From Podarcis erhardii (taxonomy: Eukaryota), in NCBI GenBank assembly GCA_964252035.1, contig OZ176205.1: DNA of 64,000 bases. One strand, written 5' to 3'. This document shows, in pieces, positions 1-10,510 of the stretch. The notes below the pieces were generated by a model. It had not been told where the DNA came from, ran no database searches, and was given only the letters and a program-made list of their open reading frames with translations. Each line of letters starts with the position of its first letter. Positions within the stretch are counted from its first letter, which is position 1. Both the position numbers and the translations under genes were made by a program.

Positions 1-1469
1 TTATTGGTTTTTTTAAAATGTTCAGAGAACCCAAGATAGGAGCAGAGGGACAGTGGAGCACATCCCACCACCCCACTGAGAAGGCATAGCGGTCAACTTA
101 TCCCTTTTCTTGCGAGGAGTCCTATTCGGAATAAAGGAATTTCCCTTAAAAAAAGGGAAACGTTGACAGCTATGCTGGGAAGGGGAATCGACACATTTCA
201 ACAGAGATTCAGGAACCCTCTTAAAAGATTGCACACAAGGGAGGGCAGTGGGAATGAGCACACTCACTCTGCCCCCTGGCCGCCATTGGATGGCAAACAT
301 CTGAAGCAGGGGGATTCCTGTACTTGCGGCAGTTCCCCAACCATTTTAGAAGCCTGATATTCTGGGGTTGGAAAACACGCAGGAGAGTCTACCAGCACAC
401 ACAGGTCCCGCTAACTGAACGCTTAGTTGTGCCCAAACTTTGCTATACAAACGACTGATTCAGATATCTGAACAGCTGGACTTGTGAGAATGGTGTTGCT
501 TAATCGTGAGCTTTATTTTCAATAGTGAGCCTGACATTTTCCTACTGTGTATCCAAGCCCACAAGCAAAGCCTCTTCCTCAGTCGTTGAAATGGGGGCAA
601 AGTCGCTGTACCTGAGCGGCAAAGAACATGTCAGAGCCAAGCCCACAGACTGCCAGCCAGGTTGGCGGCTGGGACAATGAGGGAGACACCAAGGATGAAG
701 AAAAAGAGGAGGACCTTGGCTTCCTCCAGGCTGAATTTTGTCACTGCAGTAGCTGGTGGAGGAAGAAGAGGAGTTGGTGCTGATGCCGGCTTCAGCCTCA
801 TCATAGGCTTCACTCTTTGCCTAGGCCTCAGTGCCAGAGGAGGGCGAAAAAAGGAGGAGAAAGAGGTGGCGGCTGCACCAGTGGAGGAAGCTCCTCAGCT
901 CAGCCCCACAGGCTTTCCCTTGGCTGTCCTCACGGGCTCATGCAGTGAGATTGTTGACCAACTAACTCACTGGTTAGATTCAGACAAGTGGAGTGGAACT
1001 GGTTCAAAAATGGGCAGAAAAGGGGCAGGCCGGTAGCACTTATCAGAGATGGAGGAAGAACTGGGGGAGGGTGATGGGGTGGAGAGACCATGCCGGTGTA
1101 GATATACAGTAGGAAAATGTGGTGTTTCTGTCGCCTTGTTTTATTAGGGAATGCAGTGGGATTTCCCAATACAAAAAAAAAAAGGAAATGATTGGCTCGT
1201 TATGCGAATGCTCGCCTAACAAGCTATTTCTCAGCAACACATTATGGTTGGAAAGCGGGACCCATGTGTACAGGAGACTCCCTCCAACTCATGAAAGGAG
1301 ACTGGAATGGTGGCTGCAGTGTGGGCCTAGTTAGTTTGGTTGTCCCATCTCACCCCTACAGTAGAATGCCAGAAGACGGCAAATGAGAGGAATTCAAGTA
1401 CTACAGGAAAACTAAATTATGAGGGCCAAGTTTACAAGAACAAAGGCATTCTAATAAATGGACACTTAC

Positions 1470-1518
1470 TGAATTAGCGCTGTTGGGATTGGGCCATGGT
1501 CTACCAGCTCCTGGACCC
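1470..1518 (-). CDS. SSBP3: SSBP3 exon 11 equivalent, 49 nt, phase 2-0: (M)GPGAGRPWPNPNSANS
   Basis: Matches SSBP3. Acceptor aaactccag, donor TCA|gtaagt. The next exon (IPYSSSSPGTYV) was not found, so the gene continues beyond position 1. Confidence 0.96.
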
Positions 1519-1642
1519 CTGGAGTTTGAGAGAAAACAAGCCTTCAGCATGTACAGAGTGACAATGTGAAACCAAAAATGATTTCCACATCTAGAATTGT
1601 AAGAACGTCAACGGAAAGCCAGCAGCATGGCAGGTGCCTTAC

Positions 1643-1707
1643 ATGTTAATCCCAGGCATGCCAGGCCCTAGAGAGTTGGGTGGAGGTCTCATTCCGCCGC
1701 CATAGTT
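1643..1707 (-). CDS. SSBP3: SSBP3 exon 10 equivalent, 65 nt, phase 0-2: NYGGGMRPPPNSLGPGMPGIN(M)
   Basis: Matches SSBP3. Acceptor cattgcag, donor AT|gtaagg. An upstream in-frame alternative acceptor at 1731 is described in findings. Confidence 0.96.
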
Positions 1708-1731
1708 CTGCAATGATAACCAAGGATCAGT
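1708..1731 (-). CDS. SSBP3: Alternative 24-nt 5' extension of exon 10 (TDPWLSLQ)
   Basis: First AG after the long pyrimidine tract (ggtag|ACT GAT CCT TGG TTA TCA TTG CAG). In frame with no stop; resembles the SDPWLSLQ insert recalled for SSBP2 isoforms. Confidence 0.75.
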
Positions 1732-1733
1732 CT

Positions 1734-1803
1734 ACCATAACGAGAAGGGAAACCGGAGAAGAAAAGAGAAAGGAAAAAAACAAACAAAAACGAGAGGGTT
1801 AGT
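1734..1803 (-). promoter_or_regulatory. Distal branch point (ACTAAC, 1803-1798) plus long AG-free polypyrimidine tract of intron 9
   Basis: Consensus branch sequence followed by about 64 nt that are nearly all U/C, with no AG until 1733-1732. Confidence 0.7.
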
Positions 1804-3931
1804 CTGTGAAAATGAACTTTAATTAAAAAAAAAAGATGATGATAATGAACATATAGGCAAAATTAGCTACTTTGAAAAAGTAAAACTGGACGGCGGCATC
1901 TCTCAATTTTTTTAAAAGGGGGAGTGGGGAAGAAAATCTTAGAAGCCACTCGAATTCCCATCTCATGGTAGGAGTGTACCAGGAATGCCCAGTGGGCTAA
2001 GGCTTCTAGCACTGGCCAATGCAGGTCATCAAGGAAGCCGTAGCTGCACCTAAAGGGTATGTAAGATGGTTATCTTGAAAGGTAATAAACACAAACAAAC
2101 AAAACCAAAAAAGAGAGGCTTGTCACAGGAAGCCAAACGGGGGAGGTAGACATGAAAGAATTAAGATTCCTTGCTTAGTGTTGTGGTAGGAGAATTGCAT
2201 GGAAAGAAGCAGGAGAAAATGTGGGGTGGGGTGGGCAGAAGAGAGAAAGATTCTGCTTTAAGGAAGACAAGGCAATGAGCACGTGATGGGGTGTTCAGAA
2301 AGGGGAATAGTGACAGCACAAAGGTTTGCAACAGTTTCTAAGTAAAGAGCATTCGGTTACAAAACAGCAAAGCTGGCCAGTCACAAAACTGCGCAAATCT
2401 TTACTGGTGTTCATGCACAAGAAAGAGAAGACAATTCTTAGGCTAGAAAATGTCATTTCTCTCCCATTAAACACGGCTGGCAAACACTTTCGGTTCCCCC
2501 AACACAGACCAAAGTTAGAGCACAAATTCACTTCTGTGCACCAGAGAGATACTACAGAACTGTACTAGGTCCCACTTGTTTCGCAAAGGAGATCTAAAAG
2601 ATGAAATCTGACAGAAAGGGCGCCAATCTGTCACAGCTGCGAAGCCCACGGAAAGCTAACGATTAAGGGCTGGGGATGAAAAGGCAGCTTATTGTGGAAG
2701 TCTACATGTGAGCACTTGCTGAAACACCTGAAGAAGCCGCTTCCTCCCCACCTCTCTGAAGTCATAAATCTAGATCTAAAGTCGGCGGCTATGGATTCCG
2801 ATTTTCTTGGTTCCTGAAAGACAGCTGACACTTGGCTGGCTGATTGGCTCCCCTCCAAACATGGCTGCCCTGCAGGGCCTGATGTAGACTGCACAAAGCA
2901 AAGAGGTGGTTCAAAGCGGGTTCCTCTTTGAAAAGAGTTTAAAGCAAAATTGCAACTGGCTTACATACTGTTTATAAGCGACGCTTTTACCCTCTCGGAA
3001 GAGCTGCTCGCTGCACACCAGGCAGAGCTCTGCTGTGATTTTGTTGCAAGGGTTTCTCAGGAACCCTCAACTCTTGAACGGAACACTTTGGCTTTCCATT
3101 TCTCCTGACAGAGGGCAGCCACAGCTGGCAACAGATCTGCTGATCATTAGCCGATCAGTACAGTCCATACTCCTGGCAAGCAAACAGCCTGCTTGGCTGA
3201 ATGCTAGGCAACCTGGGTAGTCACAATCTCCATTTTTTGAAAAAAGCAAATCAAAGAGCTTCACCTGCATCGCTAACTTCAGGGAACTACACAGGACAAG
3301 TGGGACAGCTCCTTCCTCACACTTTTATTTATGACATGTTTAAACTCTTATTGGCTAGGAACCAATGCTATTTTGGAATGAGAAGCAAGCACCAAAGGGA
3401 CAAAAAATGACTCCCCCCCCCCACAACTCCGCACCCATAGCAAGGTAAACAAGAGCTAGACACAGGGAATGCTCATCTACACACATTTTATGCATGGCTT
3501 TAGAAAGACTCCATGCACCTACACTTAACAGCAGCTGCAAATTCAACCACGGCAGATGCCTACGTAACTACAACGCCAATGGAATGAAATTACTCTTAAG
3601 TATGCCACTTGGTGGGGATGGCAAGCACATGGCTTGTCCAAGTTGTACAGCACATCTAAAAGTTTTGAAGCAGTCTTTGTTTGGCTGACACAACTATAAC
3701 AGATGCAAGCTGTTATAATAACACATCAGGGACTATTAAGAGCTTTGTACCCATCACTAACAGTGCCAGACCATTAAAATAGATAACAAAGCTATTGGAA
3801 TCTAAGCTTGCCGGAATGATTATGAGGCAAGCAACTTTCTTTTTTCTCTTGCTTTCCTGGAGGTGTGTGGCTTCAACTGGCATTCTAATGGACAAGTTCA
3901 TACTTTGCATCAGAATCAAGAAGTTCAGTTA

Positions 3932-4097
3932 CCATATTTTTCGCTCTACAAGACGCACCCGACCATAAGATGCGTCTAGTTTTTAGAGAAGGCTTCAGGG
4001 ATAGTTGCGCAGCCTGCATTCGCTCCATAAGACGCACACACATCCCCCCTTACTTTTTAGGAGGGAAAAGGTGTGTCTTATAGAGCGAAAAATACGG
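3932..4097. mobile_element. Tc1/mariner-type MITE (166 bp)
   Basis: TIRs cc[a/g]tatttttcgctcta[c/t]aagac with TA on both sides. Confidence 0.9.
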
Positions 4098-4142
4098 TAT
4101 TTATCTTCCTCTTTTGCACTCTCCTTCAGATGCTATGCTGCA

Positions 4143-4257
4143 CAGCCTTTCCAAACCTGGGGGTTTCCAGGCTACAACTTCGCCCGTTCCTGATCATTGG
4201 TCATGCTGGCTGGGGCGAATGGACAACAACTTGAAGTTCCTGGGTAGACGAAGGCTG
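4143..4257. mobile_element. Degenerate hAT MITE
   Basis: cagcctttccaaacctgg ... gaaggctg termini; same core as 31317-31452. Confidence 0.65.
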
Positions 4258-6234
4258 ATGTGTTATGATAAACAGGATTAATTTGTGTAAATTAGATGCA
4301 GAAGATTGAAACGTGGGCTCATACTGCACCTATTCCAATTGTTTTCTTTGCAACGATGCTGTCACAGAGTTATCAAGACCCTTCGAGTAAAGTTGTTCCT
4401 AATAGCAGGCAACTATTATTCTGCCCACTTTCTCCAAGTCTAAGCCCTCCTTCTGCACTTGCCTATGCCTCCTGCTCAGCTATTGCCAGTCCTAGCCTGA
4501 AAACAGATGGTCTGACTTAAAGCCTTCTCCTTACAGTTGCTGACCCTGAGGTTAATCTGGTAATAGCAGCAGAACCTTAAGTGCTGTGCTGACTTATCAC
4601 AGGTGGCTACCTAGGAATGGTGTTTGTAAGGGTCAACACTTTTGCTGCAGCTGCAGATCCAAAGAACTTCACAGGGTATTACTGGATGAAAGCGATTTGC
4701 AAGGAAACCCAAGGAAATATTTTATGCATGTCCTCCCCTTTTAAAGTGGAGGTTCAACACTTTAAATGATTACGATTTCACAGTTGCTGAAATTGACAAA
4801 CCTGATAGTATTAGTAAAAATGACAGGGGAGATGGAAGGGAAAGAAGCAAGCCACTTTTCTGATGTGTACTAGGCCCTGTTAATACATCCCTTGGTATGC
4901 TGACATTTTCTTAGTATCAGTTTTAGTGAGGGACTCATGGTGTGCTGGTATCGAATCTGTAGTCGGTTTTCTATGCTGTTCCTTCAAACACTGAACCATA
5001 ATCATGGCTTGGAAGGCTGTCTGAACTGAGCCACTGCACAGATAGCTAATCCCAAAAGAAGTTTCAGAAAGTGCAAGGGACCTCACTAAAATGTGGCTAC
5101 TGGTTATGGTTCCCCTGCAACTGTTTTCTGAAGTGCACATGTGGCAAGCTGGTCATCTCTAGTATCAAACCATGTGATACAGGTGCCTCAATCTATTGGA
5201 TTGGACACTACAGAAAAGCCTCATTGTGCAGCTGAGTATTACTAATGACCATATGGTTACATGAACAATGCTTTAAGAGACCACGAGTTAAATGATCATC
5301 TGTAACTACCCCAAGTCAAGGAAAATCTGGCCTGAATGTCCCTAAAGTTTAATATGAGAAAGCAAAGAGAGGTATCTGAGCTTGTCAGGTTTCAGGAAGA
5401 AGCATGCTAAGAGAGCAAGGAGAGAGCAGGATTGCAAAGGAAGGTCTACAGGGAAGCGGCAAGCCTGTGAAAGAAGAGATGCACATTCCTCAGTACCATC
5501 TGTCAACACTTATTTATAACAAGTAAATATACATCATGCACCTCAATAACCTGATCCAACCAAGGCACAAAAAGTGGACCAGCCGAGAGACTGGAGAGAG
5601 GACCTTGGATCTCTCTCTCTTTACCATCTGACTCCATCTGTCCCCTTGGAAGTTTCTTACACTGATCCGTTGGCTCAGAGAGTCCCAACAGAACCCACAA
5701 AACAGACGTATTACAACAGAATTAGGTATCTAGGCAGCCTATGAAGTTGTCCAGATCCTTAAGGGTCAAACGTTGAGGTTCGGATTCAAAAGTAGCCTTC
5801 CCAAATTGTTCCTTCTGTCCTCACAAGGTACTTGATCCAGAAGAGGAAGTGGGGAAGGAGCTTTTTGCTGTGTTCTCTCCCTCCCCACAACCCTTTCCCC
5901 TGTTCCAGAGAGCCTTCAACCCTCCAGAGTCAATTTTAGGGAGATGCAAGGGGCTGCAGAAGGAAGGGGTGAGTAGGTGAATGCCACCTCCCACAACGTC
6001 CACTGGCGGGAGCTTTCCCCGAGTGGAGTTCTGCTGAGGAGATGCTACCACTGGAGGTAGCAAAGCTGGGATCCAAGACTGAACCAGAACTGTATAAAAG
6101 CAGATACGGGCCATGATTGGCCCATGGCATGCATCTGAGAAGTAACTTGTCAGCCCTCCTCTTCCCTCCATCATTCCTCCTGCAGTATGTAGTAAATGCG
6201 AAGTATGGACATCAAGTACACTTTGCTGTGCAGC

Positions 6235-6266
6235 AAAAAAGAAAAGAAAAGAAAAGAAAAGAAAAA
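6235..6266. repeat. (AAAAG)n microsatellite; forms a U-rich tract on the pre-mRNA
   Basis: Seen directly. Confidence 0.95.
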
Positions 6267-6809
6267 GCAAGCACCTTTTGGGTCAACCTGCATAGTCGAT
6301 AGGGTGTCTGCCGGTGCTATAAAGCGCAGAATAGACTACAGCAAATTTTATTATTCAAAAAAACAATTAAGTGAAATAAACTCAGCATTGTACCCACAAA
6401 ACCCCAACCCCACCTAAGGGTTAGCAACTCAAGTTGTAAGATTCTTTCCTGACCAGAGTCCAATTAAACCGGAGTTTGCCCATTTGGATGAAAAGAGCAA
6501 AGATGGAAGGTGGGAGCAGGTGAGCACATGAAGTACGTGATATGAGGATGTTCACTTCTGAAGCCATAACTAGATGTTGGAAGGTGGGATTCCCCCCCCC
6601 ACCCCCCATCCAGACACATGTAAACACACTAATGTAAAATGCATTATCGCTAATGGTGAGGAAGAAAAGGTTTGGGAGGAATGGAAGTGCTCCTAGCTCT
6701 TCAAGCTCCCAGAGGCTGCTTTTATGATGTTTTGCTCGCTAACTTCATAAAGTAGCAAAGCTATTGTTTGGCACTGGACAGGGTAGGAAATGCTCTGCCC
6801 AGGTTTTAC

Positions 6810-6886
6810 CTGTGGACCTGGACCCATGGGCCCCATTCCTCGTGGAGGATTCATCCTTTGCATCGGCCCTCCCATGTTGGGATGCC
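6810..6886 (-). CDS. SSBP3: SSBP3 exon 9 equivalent, 77 nt, phase 1-0: (G)HPNMGGPMQRMNPPRGMGPMGPGPQ
   Basis: Partly seen in ORF 6693..6875. Acceptor ccctcgctag, donor CAG|gtaaaa. Preceded by a 114-nt intron. Confidence 0.97.
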
Positions 6887-7000
6887 CTAGCGAGGGAAGA
6901 GAGACAGGAAGATGTTACTTTATTACTGGAGAGTAATGCACTTGGTGAAAGGATAGGCCAAGGGGAAAGAACACTTGCAGACAAGCCAAATCACATTTAC

Positions 7001-7067
7001 CTTGTTGTCGTGTGGGGTCCATTGAGTTGGGCAGCAAGGGCTGTGTACCAGGAACACCCCCTGGAGG
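7001..7067 (-). CDS. SSBP3: SSBP3 exon 8 equivalent, 67 nt, phase 0-1: PPGGVPGTQPLLPNSMDPTRQQ(G)
   Basis: Matches SSBP3. Acceptor ttcccccatag, donor AAG|gtaaat. Confidence 0.96.
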
Positions 7068-8329
7068 CTATGGGGGAAAGGAAACAAATTTGAGGAAATC
7101 AAATACTTGGGAGATACACAGTACAATTATCAATATTGCTTTGCTACATTTGCTGCTGCAATTAGAAAAACCAGTCATAGGCTGAAGGCCCTTTTGGCTC
7201 AGCTGCTTTTATATCTATACCCAAAAGCATTAGACTTCAAGGAAATGGGTCAATTTACCGACGAGGGTGAGGGCAGAACAGCCCCCTTATGCTGTAAGCC
7301 CTGCATTTGTCTCATATTGCCATTGTGTGGATGCCTGCAGAGGAAACCTGGTTGATTCGAGGATAGGCTTGATCTTCCCTAGAAATCCTCCTTCAAAAAC
7401 AAACAGGAAAACTTTCCCCCCATTCCAGTTATTCTTGGCCAACTTTCCCCTAAGCCAACAGTGAAAGGTAGGTATGGCAGAGGGAGTGGGATGAAAAAAA
7501 GCAGCATTTTTAAAAGTACCATTTATTTGTATGAGAAAAATGTAACATATGGGACATCATTTTCACAATACACATGTAGGTGGAGAATGGCCTCAGCTTC
7601 ATTCCCTGAATGAGTAAGTGATATCTCTCATTTATCCCAGTTCATCTATCAGTTCCTAGAGTCTCAAGTGTGCATAGTTGAATGCTATAACCCGCTTGTC
7701 TACCAGCCCATTGAAAAAAAGGGGATTTCTAGGGGAGAATCAGAAGGAAGGATTAAGTAGTCCTTTCCTCCCAGTTGTTGACAGTCTTCTAGAAATGCCT
7801 TTCACCTTCGCGTTACCTTGGCCAAATGGGTTTACTGACACAATTTGTAATTTTGTCCACTCCTGGCCTTCTTCAGAAAACAAGCCTCCTTTTCTATAGT
7901 TCATGGGCGCTTTCAAAAACAATGCTTCTCATGCCATAAAGCCAGAGTAAAATAGCTCCAGGTGTTTGGGTGGCTAACCCAAAATAGTTAGAGGTGTTTG
8001 GGTTGGCTAACTGACTGTGGCAACTCTTTTGGTCCTTAAGTTCATCTGTGTTTATCTAGTTCGTGGGTGTTTTGCAAACACCCCCCTCCAGTTACCTGCT
8101 AAATATAACCATCCTTCACAAGCACCTATATATTCCACAAGCATATTGAAAATGGAGACTAGCTAACTTAAAAAGCCCCTGAATGGATGGGGACGTAGAT
8201 ATCTTATGGAGCACTTCTACCCACACCACCACACCACCCAGCCTGGGCTCTTGGATTGTCTCAGGGGGCTCCTTCTTGTTCACAGTGTGGGGATACAGGG
8301 TAGGGCCTTATCAGTAATGGCACCATCAC

Positions 8330-8560
8330 TTAGAAGCCATGCCATTCAGGGCCTTCTTTGACATAAACAACTGCCCTCCCAGGTTTCTGGAGGGCTTGGT
8401 TGAATCTGCTCTGGAATTTTAGTACAGTATAGCCTGTACTGCTGCAGGTTTTAATGTGTGAACTGCTTTGTTTTATCACTAGGTTTATATTTATTTTCAC
8501 TGTAAACTGCTTTGGGACCACTTTGGAAGTGAAAAGTTGCATTTAAATTTTTATAAATAA
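8330..8560 (+). mobile_element. L2-like LINE 3' relic
   Basis: Ends in tgtaaactgctttggga.....gaaaagttgcatttaaat..ataaataaa, typical of reptile L2-type ends; recognition only. Confidence 0.45.
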
Positions 8561-8620
8561 ACATATATAGCTATAAAAGTGATGGAGTTTACCTGCACTG
8601 GCAGGGTAAGTTCTGATCAG

Positions 8621-8773
8621 GGTAGTATCTGCATGCATTTTTAAAATGTTCTGAAAATGTTGCTTTTTCTTTTTTTTAATCCTTTTGAAAAATACATTGA
8701 ATTTGCTATAGCTCACAGTTGCCATCTAGTGTATTGTACTTCACAACACATTTGCAGCTGAATAGCTGGGTCC
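8621..8773. mobile_element. Second, more degenerate copy of the Harbinger-like MITE
   Basis: Shares ttttgaaaaa.acattgaatttg..atagctcac.gt.gccatctagtg and tttgcagctg..tagctg.gtcc with 42300-42468. Confidence 0.6.
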
Positions 8774-10091
8774 ACGGTTTACAAATTCACGGTGTGTCAC
8801 TTTTGGGGGGGGGGGCAAAATAAGACCCAAGTTAGAAAGATCATGAACTTCTTTGCTGCTACCTTTTGGTTTGGGGTACCTTTACTCCAGTCTCAGCTAC
8901 ACTAAACGCCTAGGTACCTGACTCTCCCCCCCGCCCCCCCCCCCGCATTCAACGACAATGACTTCCTCATTGGAGAAAAACCTAAAAGCTTTAAAATGAG
9001 CCAGAAAGTTTCTTAAATATACCATTTCTCTCTTCCCAAATTGGCTAGATCTGCTTTCCTAAGCATCAGTCATTGCTAAGCCTTCATTCATTGGCTAAAG
9101 ATACAGAAAGAGGAACAGGCTATTTTTTTAAAAAAACAAAACAAATAAGTAGAGTAGCACCTGCATATTTTGCCTCATATTTCAGGTTCAACAAGGGCTG
9201 AAGACTTGCTTCCCCTCCACTTCTTTTTGTAATGAAAACTTGGAATCCAGGGAAGATGGCTAATCAGGTGGGTGGGTTAGGGGGTTGATACTCTCCTTAT
9301 CCTCCCTGCAGATGCCCACGTGTGCATATCCCTCATGAATCTATCATATATCTTCATTTTAAAAAAAGCTGTCATCCATATGCAGCCTGAGTCTCACAGT
9401 GAAGGTCCTTGAATGAAATGCTACTGATGCCAGTGCAATTTTAAGGTATACATTTGGGAAATGCACTGTGTTAAAGAAAGTTATCTGTTTGCCAACACAG
9501 ATGACATTTCATCAACAAGGGTGATAGCGTTTCCCCTTCCTTACTTAACAGAAGTGAACAGATTGTGATGATGCCATTTGTATTTAAAATACGTCAATGC
9601 GTTTTGTAGAAATGGTAAGATTCCTTTTTTCTTGGGCAACAAATCCTTTCAACTTCATAATGTGCCTTCCATATTTTGATAAAGCTGGAGAGAAAAGACA
9701 GATATCGTCTCTCTCTCTCTCTAGCTATAAGCAAGTTTGCGATTTGGACATTTTCTTTAAAAAATATTTTTTAAAAAATAGTCCAGATCCCTCTTAACAT
9801 CACTACTTAATAGAAGTTGTTGGCTGTAACTTAGACAGAGAACTGGTATTCCAAAATGGATATATTGATACAAAACTTAGAAATATGTGATGCATAAAAG
9901 GTGCCGTGAAACTCCTGCATAGCTTTATGGGTCCCTTAAGGAGCTATGCACAGTTCAAACAAAATGGACAGAGAACCTCTGCAACTGAGGATAGGTGAGA
10001 TCCAACATAGCCAAGAACATGGTAACTCTCTGATCCAGTTTTGGCAAGTCCACTTACAAAGCTGTAAGTGAGTGTGATGGCACTGGATGTA

Positions 10092-10353
10092 CAGTGGTGC
10101 TTCACAAGACGAAAAGAATCTGTTCCGCGAGTCTCTTCGTCTAGCGGTTTTTTCGTCTTGCAAAGCAAGCCTATTAGCAGCTTAGCGGATTAGCGCTATT
10201 AGCGGCTTAGCGGCTATTAGCGGCTTAGAAAAAGGGAGAAAAAAGCGAAGCCCATAGGGAAATTCGTCTTGCGAAGCGCCTCGAAAAACGGAAAACCCTT
10301 TCATCTAGCGGGTTTTTCATCTTGCGAGGCATTCGTCTTGCGGGGCACCACTG
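10092..10353. mobile_element. Tc1/mariner (pogo/Tigger-like) MITE (262 bp)
   Basis: TIRs cagtggtgc....caagacgaa, TA duplication, internal (ctattagcggcttag)-like tandem repeats. Confidence 0.92.
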
Positions 10354-10510
10354 TACATTTTTTAAAAAACAACAACACGTAAACCACAATTATATATATA
10401 ATTTTTTTAAATCCTGCACAGAGTTATAAAAAGGAATTTAAATTGCATACAAGATTCCTTAATGTTGTTGTTGTTATTGTTTTGGAAATGTGCAGGTGGT
10501 TAGTGTATAT

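Noticed and set aside
662-1036. 124-aa basic ORF on the plus strand
   Set aside because: Reflects purine-rich composition; no homology recognised.
1708-2049. Acceptor ccctttag|GTG at 2049 as a coding extension
   Set aside because: Stop at codon 7 and no convincing donor; cannot be supported beyond a possible cryptic site.
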